Shown here: positions 1 through 11,389 of the stretch, piece by piece
Numbering within the stretch: position 1 is the first letter of the stretch
How the letters are laid out: each line of letters starts with the position of its first letter
Source: Camelus ferus
Lineage: Eukaryota
Direction of reading: 5' to 3'
NCBI RefSeq assembly: GCF_009834535.1
Contig: NC_045696.1
Location: 65,164,001 to 65,228,000 of the forward strand
Length of the DNA: 64,000 nt
Translations under genes and position numbers: made by a program
The notes under the pieces: generated by a model
Told to the model about the DNA's origin: nothing
The model's database searches: none
Seen by the model: only the letters and a program-made list of their open reading frames with translations

Positions 1-869
1 CTTTCTTAGGAGTGTCGCTCAGAAGTTCGGCTCTGCTTACGTCATTTGAGGGGTTGAAGACACACACTCACTTCCTCAGCATGGATGCTGTACAAACTAC
101 CAAAATGAAGATTTTGGTTTTACTTTCCATTTTTCTGGTGTCTAAAATTCCAGAATTCAAGCCAGAGAGCAGAGATGTGACAGTTGCTTCACTTAATTAC
201 AGAAGCTGATCATGTAGCCTACTTTCTGTCTGTTTCCTAGTCCTTTTCATGAACTGGCAGATAATCTCATAATTATGCAGACAGTTCTGGTACTGCACAT
301 ACAACTGGCACACCGTGCTTCAGCAGTTCCACAGTCATTTATTATCAAGATTAGAGATTGCCAGGAAAATCACATTTTAGCTAATTTTACTTTGCGGATT
401 CAGTAGGGAGGGGAGGAGGACACAGAACAAGGCAAATTATATTTTTAAAACTCTTGTGCTTTCCATTATTGAGGTAATAGTGAGGAATGTATTGCATGAG
501 GAAGGAATATAGCATTTAAACATTTTTTAGCAAAAACATACATAATTAAGCCTGAAGTTTACTTATGGTTGGATAAAAGGCAAGTGGCTTTTTTCCAGCT
601 AGTCTCCATGAGACTACACAATGGTGTGCACAGTGTAATATAATGGAACATGGGTACTAATATTAATATAACAAAGTAAGTGTGATCCTATTAAAACTTG
701 GTTTTAACATTGCTATGGTAAAAACACAATGTCTTCTACTGTCTTCTTCAGCCAAGCACCAAATGAGTTTGCTCTCAGATTTCAAATTCCTCCACCCAGG
801 AAGGGCTGAAAGCTGAGTAAATGTAATTAAATATCTAAATATTTTGGCGGGACATAACACTGCTGAGAT

Positions 870-1050
870 ATTTCTTAGAGCAAAACTGGTAGTGAGATGC
901 AGGTGGAAGAGCCCTAAACCTGGACCTAAATTCGCTGGGTTCAAGTTTTGGATCCCATAGTTAAGAACTGCAACGTTAGCCAAGAATTAATTTCTATGAA
1001 TATTTGGTTCATTTTCTTGAACACAGGGATATTAATTCGGTCTTACAGTG
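870..1050 (+). mobile_element. MIR SINE (degraded)
   Basis: Resembles the MIR core (ctgggttcaag...ttagccaagaattaatttctatgaa...tcattttcttgaacacagggata). Confidence 0.5.
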
Positions 1051-1146
1051 CTACATTAATACACTAGATCAAAACCACTTTGCCAGCTGAAATGCACTGC
1101 ATGATTGTGCGTTATTACAGCACATAAGTAGTATGTGTGCGTAGGT

Positions 1147-1833
1147 TGATCAAGAAAAATTGCACCGGATACTGGTTAAAATGGCAAGAAAGACTTTATT
1201 TGAGACTATTGAAGTAGGGGTCAAGGTTATGGCAATGGGGGAGAGAGACTGAACTCAATTTCACTGAAACAAAAGGCAAGAGGATTTTTAAATGCTGGGG
1301 TGCATTAATGGAAAAGTACCGGAGGACTTCAGAGGGGAGATTGGTCAATGTGATTAGGCTATCTGTGTTTGCTAATTGCTGCTTATTGAAGTTAGGTTTC
1401 TATCTTCCCCACAGAGACTGGCAGACCAAGGTCCTAGCTTTCTTGAAGATTATATCTAGAAGGGAAGAGAGCAGAAAATTTCCATCTTAAAGAGGCAGAG
1501 AAAGACATTACAATGGTAAGTTTTCAAAAGGCACTAACCACTGCATTAAAATAGATAAACAACAGGATCCTACTGTAGAGCACAGGGAACTACATTCAAT
1601 ATCTTATAATAGCTTATGATGAAAAAGGATATGAAAAGGAATATATATATATAAATCTGAATCAGTATGCTGTAAAGCAGAAATTAACCCAACATTGTAA
1701 ACTGACTATACTTCAACTAAAAAAAAAAACAAACTAAATGCTCTAAGAAAAAGGAGGTTAGGGGTCTATAGTCAGGAAGAAGCTTGCCTAAAGTTTAGTC
1801 ACACTGAGGGGAACTTGAAGGATGCCTTGGTCA
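1147..1833 (-). mobile_element. ERV1 solo LTR, MER31-like, interrupted by an L1 3' tail
   Basis: The reverse complement of 1740-1833 (tgaccaaggcatccttcaagttcccctcagtgtgactaaactttaggcaagcttcttcctgactatagacccctaacctcc) resembles the MER31 5' end. The other end is tgatcaagaaaaattgcacc at 1147. Confidence 0.7.
1530..1729 (+). mobile_element. 5'-truncated L1 3' end (cetartiodactyl type) with poly(A)
   Basis: aaatagataaacaacaggatcctactgtagagcacagggaactacattcaatatc...aacattgtaaactgactatacttcaact followed by an A-tract. Confidence 0.85.
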
Positions 1834-2384
1834 ATGGGTGCCAAAATCCGGTAATTCCATAGGCAAAACCAAACGGCCTAATCAGCAGTCACAGATCTGC
1901 CTTTCATTCCTTGTTTCTGTTCACTGCTGACTGACATTCAGCCATCATCAGTTACATCCTGAAATTTATTTCTTAGTGTTGAAGGTGTAAATGCACACTC
2001 AATGACAGGGAAAAGCTTAATAAAATAACAAAATGACAAGAACTTTTGCAGTGAGCTGTTTCTGAGATTTATTGATGTTTTTATCTGGATGAACTTATGT
2101 GGTGATAAATATATGCAAGCTTTAGCCTTTGATTCAGATAAGTAAAGTAAAAGAAGTACACAGGGTTGACCAATTCTCACAGACACTGCTGCCTGAACAG
2201 CTTAATTTTTTCCTAAGTTCTTTTTCTTTGATTCCTTGGGAAGAAGTATTTGACCTTCTTTATCCTTTACCCAATGACCTTGCATTTTGATCACATGGCT
2301 GAACTCAGAGTTGCTAAACAGCACTTGATTAACATGGAGGGGGTGGGGGGGTGCTGTGAATTTCTGGAAAAAAAAGTCCTACTG

Positions 2385-4440
2385 AGAAATTGATTGGATT
2401 TACATTTAATCTACAGCTGAATTTGGGGAGAATTACCATCTTAACAATATTGTGTTTGAATCTTGTATATGATACATTTCCTATTCGTTTAGGACTTTAA
2501 TGTCTCTGAGTAATGTGTATAGCTTTAGCATACATGTCTTTTACCTATTTTGTTAAATTTATTTTTGAGCATTTCATGTTTTTGATACTATGGTATTGTT
2601 TTCTTAATTGAAATTTAAAAACACAATATAGAAATATAGTTGAATTTTGTTTATTGGCCTTGTATACTATGACTTTACTAAACTCACTTTTGTGTTCAAA
2701 TAGATGTTTTTGGAAATTCCTTATGATATTCAACAGAGGAAAGCATATTTTTGAACAAAAGAGATGTTATTTTCAATATGTTTACTTCCTAGTTCTATTT
2801 CTTGATTTATTATTAGTACTTGAATATAAGTGGTGAGAGTCCTGACCTTAGGAAGGAGCCATTCAATTTTTTTACCACTATCATGGTACTAGTGGTATTT
2901 TTTTTTAAGAAGCTCTTTATTAGGTTGAGAGAGTTCCCTTTTATTTTTCTTGGTTTGGAATTTTTATGAAGAAAGAGTGCTGATTTTTGTCAATGTTCTT
3001 TTTGAATTTATTGATATGATTGTATGGCTTTCTATTTCAGTATGTTTTCCCTTTACTAGCTATGTGTCCTTTAATTCTCTGAAAGAGGAATGCTGAAATT
3101 GTCAAACTTAATTTGAATTTATCCATTTCTTCTTTAAATTCAATTTTTCTCCTGAATCATTTCTCTCTAGCCACTTTAAATATTTTCTCTTTGGTACTTT
3201 TTTTTTTTTTTTTTTTTTTTTTAGCAATTTGATTAAAATATTCCTTGGTTTGGACTTCTTTATTTGTATTTTTTGTGGCAAGGGTTTGCCCTTTTTGGTT
3301 TATAATTATCACTAAATTTAGAAAAATTTGGCCATTATATTTCTCAATATTTGTCTCCTCTCTCTACCTTTGAATTTTCTGACACTGAATTTACAGGTAT
3401 TTAAGACTATTTGATGATTTCCCATAAGTCATTGGGTTTTTGTTCAATGTTTTTCAGCCTTCTTGTGATTCGTTCTGCATTGTTTCTATTCCTTCTTCAG
3501 GGTCTGCTCTAATCTCATTCATGATTTCCTTTTTCAGATTTTTTTTTCATTTCTCTAAGTTTTATTTAGTTTTTCTTTTATCTTACATTTCTATCATCAT
3601 CATCATATTTTTCTTTACATCTTTGAGCACATGGTGTATTTTTATAATAGAACTTTGATACACCTTTCTGCTAATTCCCTCATCTCTGTCATTTTGGAGT
3701 TTATTTCTAATGACTTATTTTTCTTCTAGTGATGGGTCATATTTTCCTATGTTGTAATATGCTTACTGATTTTTTATTCGATGGTGGATATTATTAGCTT
3801 GATAGGTCTTTAAAAAGTGTTAGACCTTTCTGAGAGTCAAGTTACTTGTGTATTAGTTTGATCATTTTGAGGTTTTCTTCCAAGTGTTTTAGGTGGGGTT
3901 TAGGGTAACTTTATTATAAGGCCACTTTAGCTCACTTCTAAGGCATGACTTTTCTGGGTCACTACTGAATGCTTCTTGTATTCCACAGGTGTGCTCACTC
4001 TGGCTGGAGGGAACTTGAAGATTCACTGCTCTGCGTAAGCTCCTGGAATTGTTCATCTTACAGCTCTTCAGCCATTGCTCTTTCTTCAGAAGTTGTTTTT
4101 AATCCAACCTCATTCAGTTTTTCCCAGTGCATGTATGGACGGACATTCACTCAAAGACTCCAGAGATTCCTTATGCAAATTTCTGAATCTCTTTTTCTAT
4201 GTAGGTCCTTCCTTTTAGGTAATCTGCCTTGAATATTTCAACTGTTTTGACCTCTCTGAACTCTGAACCTGATTGATTCCCCTTGCACTGCATTCTAGGA
4301 ATTACCTTGAGGCACAAAACTTAGATCAATGCAGGAGTCAATTTTTTTGTTTCTTTTAAAATTAGGGGTCACAGCCAAATGCATTCTGTTTTCCAATATT
4401 TGATAACAGCTGTTCCTTATACTTCTTTCCAATTTCAAAA
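2385..4440 (-). mobile_element. Old L1M (L1ME/L1M5-like) ORF2 and ORF1/5' fragments
   Basis: T-rich antisense L1 motifs (gattggatttacatttaatctacag...ttggggagaattaccatcttaacaatattg; tctttattaggttgagagagttccct). No intact ORF. Confidence 0.75.
3198..3222. repeat. poly(T) tract
   Basis: About 25 consecutive T. Confidence 0.95.
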
Positions 4441-4732
4441 GTCTAATTTCCCATTAAATTAGGAGAACTTAGCAAATAAAATTCACCTTCCCTCAGGATG
4501 TCTACTATCCTAGAAATTGTATAACAAGCTTTTCTCTGACCTATCATCAATAATAATACAACTGGAATGTTTTTAGAAATTCTACTATGGCATGACCTTT
4601 TCCATAAGGTTTGCTATCATGGAGTAGAAAATGAAATAATTCAAACTAATGCAATGTTTCCTGCAACTAGAAAAAATTTTAAAAGATTGGTATAAATTAT
4701 AGTGATATTTATTATAGTTTTACAGGCATTTC

Positions 4733-4952
4733 TTTGGATCAGAAAGATGTGTCTTTGAATCTACTTTCTAATCCCACTTGTGACCTTAGAAAAATACTTA
4801 ACCTTTCAGAAGCTCAATTTCCTATTGATAAATATATTATACTATTTATTTCAAAGGGTTTTGAGAGTACTAAATGGTCTTATAAATGTTCATTTTTCTC
4901 CCATTTTATGCATGTGACATGCCTAAGTTGTTGGTATTGTTGTTATTATTAA
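4733..4952 (+). mobile_element. MIR SINE
   Basis: tttgaatc...ttgtgaccttagaaaaatacttaacctttcagaagctcaatttcct core and a ttattatta-type tail. Confidence 0.7.
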
Positions 4953-5004
4953 TTTACAAAATCAGTGACAGTATGCACGTCATGGCATTAACACAATAAA
5001 AATA

Positions 5005-5650
5005 AATAGTGTAAATTAGTACACTCACTCTGGAGCTCAATTTGACAATATTTTAAAATTTTGATGATGATGATATTCTAAGCTCTGTAATCTTATTTCT
5101 TTTTCCTAGTTAAATATTCCACAGATGCTTAAGGAAAAATGTGTAAAAATGTTCATTACAACACAGTCTTAGCAAAGAAATAAAAACAATCAAACTGTAT
5201 CTCAACCTCAATATGGATTTGAAAAAAAAAGCTTGATTTATTCATGTAATGGAGGAGCTTACTTAGTTTAAATTAGATTTATATGTATTAAAAATTTCAT
5301 AAGCAAAATTCTGAGTAAAATTCAAGTTGTAAAAATGATGTCTTTAGTTAAAGAACAAATATGTAAAATGTTAAACCTACAAAACTTTCATATATATATT
5401 GTTTATGACTACGTGCATATGAAGCAAAAGTCTAAAACATATATGAGAATGATAAAAGCTCGAGATAAATTTATACCTTAGGAGAAGAAGGGAAGGAGAA
5501 GAGATGAAGAGGCAATACTTTAGCTATGTCCATTTTAAATTATTTTCTTTATAAAAGGAAAGAATTCTGAAACAGATATGGCAAAATTTTACCTATGAAA
5601 CCACTAATGTGGGCTCTTGTGTGCCTGTCATTGCATTTCTTTCTGGCCAT
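5005..5650 (+). mobile_element. Old L1ME-type 3' end
   Basis: gtaaattagtacactcactctggagctcaatttgacaata...aatgttcattacaacac motifs. Confidence 0.6.
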
Positions 5651-5859
5651 TTTCTATCTTTTATTCCTGGACTTGAAGAAAATTACCAAACATTTTAATT
5701 CACTTTTGTTGCCTATATGCCTATATGCCCATGGCCAAGTGAAGGGAATAAAACAATAAGAATTATTTCATCCATATATTTACTGTTCATTATGCAGAAA
5801 TTTTCATTTAATTATACGCTCACATTTTGTCTCTATAATATTCTGTAGCCCCATTTACT

Positions 5860-8117
5860 CTGGAAGTCAGTCTAAAAAGGCTAAAAATTGTATAATTAAA
5901 ATTATACTTCATTTTGGAAAAAGCAAAAGTATAGAGATGGTAAAAAGATAGGTAATTGCTGGGGTTTGGTGGGGGAGGGGGTTGAAAAGATGAAAGGCAG
6001 AGTATTTCTTAGGGTGGTGAATCTATTCTGAATGATACTGTAATGGTTGATACGAGATCTTACGCCTTTGTCCAAAACCACAGAACGTTACACACAAACA
6101 ATATACCTTAAAATATGCAAATATAAAAAATCATTTATGAGGTTAGGGAATCCTAGGATGTAATGAAGAATGTGATGAAACAATCTACATGTATTAAAAG
6201 TATATGAATCAACCTCACTGAAAGGTGTGAAAGGTGGGGAGAAAGTGTTGACCTAAGTGACTTTGGAAATGAGTGGAGTCTGTAAGACCAAAGGCAAAAG
6301 AACCCGAATATAAGCTGTATTTTGGTTGATAAAAGTTGTTTCCCATGGGGACGTGGTTTACCAGTTAGGAAATGGTTTACATTATACTGGAGATGAACAA
6401 TTAAGTGAATGGATGATAGATGACAAGTGCCAGATGTTTTGCTTTTGGAGCAGAGGGTACAGAGAAGCAGCGAGAAGCTAGAATGATTCACATGGTAATC
6501 AGTCAGAGTCAGAAACATCAGTATAAACTCATGTTTGACTGACTGTATGCACACATGCTTAAGCATAGAAATATGTGCAGATATGCATATATACAAGGTT
6601 CGAGTACACACATACAGCTCCTTGCTGTGTCAGTTGATATAAGAGAAATTATCCCCTTTGTAGCAATGAGCACCCTTAGTGCCCTGACTATGATTTCTAA
6701 TACCATTATCCGATGAAAGGGTCCCTTAGAGGAATGACTGATTCTAGGGTTGGGGCAGGAAATACACAATAGGGACCTGGAGCATCTTGCGGTGCCAGGT
6801 AGTAAGGACATGCTCAAAAACAAAACGAAACAAAACAAAACAATGATAGTGATAAGCCAAAAGGACACGGGAACCAACTGGAAGCACTTCCAGTGGCCAA
6901 ATCTGGAACAGTTTGAGAAGCACAATAAAGTAGTAGTAGATTAGAAACCAAAGTGTACAATTAATATTTCTGAGTTAATAATGACATAGATAAATGATTC
7001 AATAAAAATAAATGGTAGAGAGAAGACAAATATGCCTTGCAGAAGAAGTCCAAATAATTTATGTAGGAACTTGGCCTTTAAGAGATGGAGCTTAGCTCCC
7101 CACATCCTAAGTCTGGCCTGCACATAGTGTCTTCCTCCTAAAGAGTACAGCGTAGGGTGGGGAGAGAGTAACATTAAAATGGAGAAAGCTGACACACACC
7201 ACCTCATCCACGTAGTCCAGTGGGTTACTTGATCACTGATAAACAGGCTGATAAGATGTACTCTTGATAATATCATGTAAATGGTGCTTTTCTTCAGTGA
7301 TCTTCCTTTTAAAATCCCAGAACCCCAGTCTAATCAGGAGAAATACAGCCCACAAATCCCAATTGAGAGACACTCTACAAAACCCCTGATCACAGTGCAG
7401 GTATCTTCCACTTTCTGAAAGTTTGTTTTATGCCTCTTTGCTTTTAAGAAAGACCTACATTAGTTTCTGTTTTTGCTAACAGAGAGAAATCTGAAGGTTT
7501 TCATTTTTACAATAAAAGGCAAAAAGCAAAAATTGTGTTGAGTGTTTGTTTTGCAGCCGGCAGAAAGAACGGCACCGCCAAGCTCCTTGCCCAGGAACTA
7601 CACTCAGCATCTCAGCATCAGGCTGACATGGCTTTGAACTGTGTCTGTGAGCTTCTGTGCTTTATCCGCATTTGTTTTGTGCATCTGTTAGGGAGATGTA
7701 AGCGAACTACCCCAAGGTAATTGTTTATTCACTTTACACCATTTCAGCTTACAAAAGGTTTCATAGAACAGTCTGATTTCCAATAGCGGGGGAAACTGTG
7801 CACCTCAAAACTGTCAGGTCATCAAAAACAAGGAAAGACTGCCACAGCCAAGAGGACCTAAGAGGACTGGACAACCATTTGTAACCTTGTGTTTCACATG
7901 GAATTCTGGAACAGAAAAGGGATGTTAGGAGAAAAACTAAGGAAATTTGGATAAAGTATGAATTTTAGTTACTCATAAATTAGCAGTATTTGTTCAAATA
8001 ATTCTAACCAATATGCCATACTATCTAAGATATTAATAGTAAGGGAAATTGGGTGTGGGTTCATAGGAAGTCATAATTTTTCTGTAAGTCTAGAACTGTT
8101 CTAAGATTAAAAGTTCA
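5860..8117 (+). mobile_element. L1MC3-like 3' UTR, interrupted by a Tigger element
   Basis: Diagnostic segments: aacctcactgaaagg...gacctaagtgactttggaaatgagtggagtctgtaagac; gcaatgagcaccc...gattctagggttggggcaggaaatacacaa; ctcaaaactgtcaggtcatcaaaaacaagg. Confidence 0.8.
7398..7798. mobile_element. Non-autonomous TcMar-Tigger DNA transposon
   Basis: Imperfect TIRs caggtatcttccactttctgaaag ... gatttccaatagcgggggaaactg. It interrupts contiguous L1MC3-like sequence. Confidence 0.75.
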
Positions 8118-8268
8118 GGGGGAGGGTATAGCTCGTGGTAGAGTGTGTGCTTAGCATGCACAAGGTCCTAGGTTCAATCCCCGGTACATCCATTAAAATA
8201 AATAAATAAAACAAAGTGAATAAACCTAATTCTTCCCTCCCTCTAAAAAGGTGAAAAAAAATTTTTTT
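8118..8268 (+). mobile_element. tRNA-Ala(AGC)-derived SINE (camelid Vic-1 type)
   Basis: A box tagctcgtggtag, B box ggttcaatccc, AGC anticodon arm, AAAT tail, and an 11-bp TSD ttaaaagttca (8107-8117 / 8269-8279). Confidence 0.9.
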
Positions 8269-10702
8269 TTAAAAGTTCATTAAAAAGAAACTGATCATTC
8301 ATCCAAGCATTCAACTAGAAACTGAGGAGTCACCTTCCCGATTTCCATCTTCCTTATTCAATTTCTTTCTCTTTTTTTTTTTTTCTCTTCATCTGTCATG
8401 TTTGCTCCAGCTCTCACCATCTCATCAGTTCTTCCTGGATTATTTCTTTAAAAAGCCTTCCAACTAGCACCATTTTCACCCAACTCAAATTAATAAATTA
8501 ATGAATGAATAGGTTAGAAAAGAATGGAAGAGGGAAAAGATAGTAATGACTCTTAAATTAGGGCCATTGATGTAATAAGTTTGGTGGTTTGAGATTATTT
8601 GGGGAAAAAAAAAGAAGAAAAGATTCATTAAGCTGCTCGCTTCCTGCTTTGGCTTTGTTGTTACACTTAAATGGCTTATCTTCTCCATGTTTTCCTAGAA
8701 ATATTATTTCTCAAAGTTCTTTGCCAAAACGTGATTTATGTGATTGTCTTACAACATCTTATGAGAACTTGCTTTGTAGTTAGGGCCTTCGGTGATGGGC
8801 TTTACCTATTTATGGCCTCGGGGTTCTAGGCACTGACAAGTGAGTAATATAGAATATTTATATTGTATATTTGACAGTCTGTTGAATGTCTAGGAGTTAA
8901 TATTTAAGCTATTTAAGTTGTCCCTGTTTCCTGGAGTTAGAATGAATTCTTGATGAAGGAGCAAACCACAGAATGATTTATTTCACTATGTATCTTTTAA
9001 TGAATGCCCAAAAGAAAATCTAGATTGTCTATGATTGGTTTTTGTGGGCTTTGACAAAAGAGGAATAAATATACATGATTGCAAATTATCTGAGGCAGCC
9101 TTTTTAAAATGCATGCTACGGTATTTAAATTTGGCCTCCAATCTTCTTTTACCTTTGTATTAGGCTTCCATAGTTACAGTGCAATCCTATGACAAAATAT
9201 GACTCACCCCATGAATATTCATGCTCATTCATCTTTTAGGGGAGCGCAGTTAATGTATACGGTGAAGTCAAGTTTCACTGGCTATGTGAGCTACTCATAT
9301 CCACAAAACCACACCTGTTCTTCAGGTAACATGTTCATTGATCCTTCTATGGTTAAAAGATTTTGTTTTACGATGTGAAGCTTGGTGTTTTTAGTCAGTC
9401 AGAGGGTTTGACAAGGGAGCCTGAGGGAATAGCAGGGAAATATTTGATTCTGAGGCTCAGACTTTTTTATCTGGAAGGGAGTTAAAATGGCCTCTACCAG
9501 GAACTGCACTAGTGGACTTCAAACCTACAGGGATTAAAAAAAAAAAAACTGCCTTTGATTTCTCTTATCTCCCTGTAAGGCATGCTTATCAGAAAAGATT
9601 AGGAGCACAGTTAATGCTTCCAGCAGGACTACTATCCCAGAAGCTTTCATTAACCACCACCTACAGTCTTCCACCAGCGTTGTGAAAACAATTGGTAACC
9701 CACTTTATATTTCTCAATCTACCTGGCATTGGTGAACATACTTTGGAGACAAGACCCAAACTTGGAGCCTTAAAGGGCAAACATATGCTTAAAGAAAAAA
9801 AAAATCTTTAAATAAATTCCAGAGAAAAAGAAGTAAATAAAAAGATGTCCATAAATCATATGATGGAAGGGGAAGATTGTGGGGAGGAAAGTGTATCTGG
9901 GAAGAGATAATAAATTATTTTGGCAAACATTAATAAAAAGAAAAGGAATGAAAAATAAGTCCAAACAAATGGGAGGGATGTAAGTAAATTAAGAAAATGT
10001 TCAGAGAAAAGTTGGTGTGAAGGAAAAAAGAGAACCATACAGATGAGTCACAATGAAAGGCGTCAAGAAAAGAACCGTTATCTAGCAGTCGTGGGCATTC
10101 TCAAAAGGAAAGGGCCCGGAAAGTAGTGACCCCCCGACACCCACAGAGCTGAAAGGCAAGGAGAACAGAATGTGATTCTCTTTACCTGCACCAGCCCCGG
10201 CCCCGCTGCCACCACTTAACTCTGGAAGCCTTTCTGCTGTCCCAAGGGCCACGTTTTTCTAGCATGGGGTGTCCATGACTGGTTGCATTGAAAGAATTTT
10301 CTAGGCCCAAACTGGCGGGTGCACATCAGCAAACCACAACCTGGAGAATTTTTCTGTCCCTGTAAATGGTCCACACGACCAGAAATGCAGTACATCCAGC
10401 CAGCCAATCCCCAAACGCCAAGCCAACTCTGGGTCTTTAACCCCAGACAGGGTGGACTGTGTGACCTCAGCCAAGGAAAGCAGACATGTTCCATTTGTAT
10501 CATTCTTGTTCTGTGTTCTTGATCGTATAGAAGCTTCTTTATCTTCTGACCCATTTTGCAGTTCTACGTAAGGAGACTGTCTGCTTCAGGAAGGGTTAAC
10601 CTTTTTTAGTATCACCTAAATTGTCTTCTTTAATCATTTTTTTTAAACAGTCCAGCCATTCGTACTATGCACTTGCCTCCACATCCATGCTAATCAGTAT
10701 GT

Positions 10703-10902
10703 TGACGTAAATGGTTTTCAAAAGGTACTGGTTTTTAATCTATAGAGAAACAAATCCGTTGGGGTGGGGGTGGGGGGCTGGACGGGGGTGAGGTTTCGAG
10801 GGGGACAAGAGGGAAGAAGAGAAGGTCTGCTCACCACTGGGCAACCTCCAGTCAGAAGTGCAGACCGGGGCAGGGGCGGGATCATGTTGCTGGGCAACCA
10901 AT
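10703..10902 (+). promoter_or_regulatory. Candidate promoter: CRE-like site, GC box, RFX X-box, CCAAT
   Basis: TGACGTAA 10703-10710; GGGGCGGG 10873-10880; GTTGCTGGGCAAC 10886-10898; CCAAT 10898-10902; second CTGGGCAAC half-site 10837-10845. The sequence is unique and locally GC-rich. Confidence 0.5.
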
Positions 10903-10934
10903 CCTAGCATTCCTTTCCTTTGTGTCCTTAACAG

Positions 10935-10943
10935 GTTCAGATG
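10935..10943 (+). other. Candidate exon end (ATG|gtaagc) or 9-nt microexon GTTCAGATG
   Basis: Pyrimidine tract ttcctttcctttgtgtccttaacag| upstream and a consensus-like donor ATG|GTAAGC. Confidence 0.4.
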
Positions 10944-11164
10944 GTAAGCATCACTTTTTGATATTATTATAGTAATTAACAGCAGCCAGGCAAACGTCTC
11001 TCCTCTTTCTCCTTTGCTTCTCCAGAGCAGCACAGTTGTTTTCTAAATTCAAGGATCAGATAGATGACCAGGCCTGAAGAAATTCGCTAACCTTCCAGTC
11101 TGCTACTACCTCCTAAATGTAAGAAAACAGTCACAGAGAGCCTTCTACACCTGGGCGGGCATGT

Positions 11165-11177
11165 AGGTCAGAGGTCA
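11165..11177 (+). promoter_or_regulatory. Perfect DR1 nuclear-receptor element
   Basis: AGGTCA-G-AGGTCA with a 5' ATGT flank. Confidence 0.5.
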
Positions 11178-11200
11178 GAATGGCCTTTCCTTTTTTCCAG

Positions 11201-11389
11201 CTTGGACCTTTAGGAAGGGAAGATACAGCTATTGAGCCCGATTCAGCGGGGGCTGTCATTAGTGGCAGATCAAACAGCCAGGTGCCACAGTTTGCCACCA
11301 GCTTCCAGCCATCAGTTCCAGCTGCCAGGAAGCAGAGGGGGCTGGTGGTGGAGAGGGCTGACTCACTGGAGGGGAGCCAAGGGGAGTGA
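11201..11389 (+). CDS. Hypothetical second exon of a 63-aa spliced microprotein (uncharacterised)
   Basis: Acceptor cctttccttttttccag| at 11200. The frame is phase 0 relative to ATG 10941-10943 and open to TGA 11387-11389. I recognise no homology. Confidence 0.2.
   Translation, partial: LGPLGREDTAIEPDSAGAVISGRSNSQVPQFATSFQPSVPAARKQRGLVVERADSLEGSQGE

Noticed and set aside
1..100. TTACGTCA and ETS-like CACTTCCT motifs at the window start
   Set aside because: Isolated short motifs with truncated context are not enough to call a regulatory element.
6153..7276. Cluster of 111-152 aa minus-strand ORFs
   Set aside because: They are antisense to an L1MC3-like 3' UTR and show no recognisable domains.
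8118..8193. tRNA-Ala(AGC) gene
   Set aside because: It has a TSD, an A-rich SINE tail and disrupted stems, and three more diverged copies occur in the window. It is a tRNA-derived SINE.
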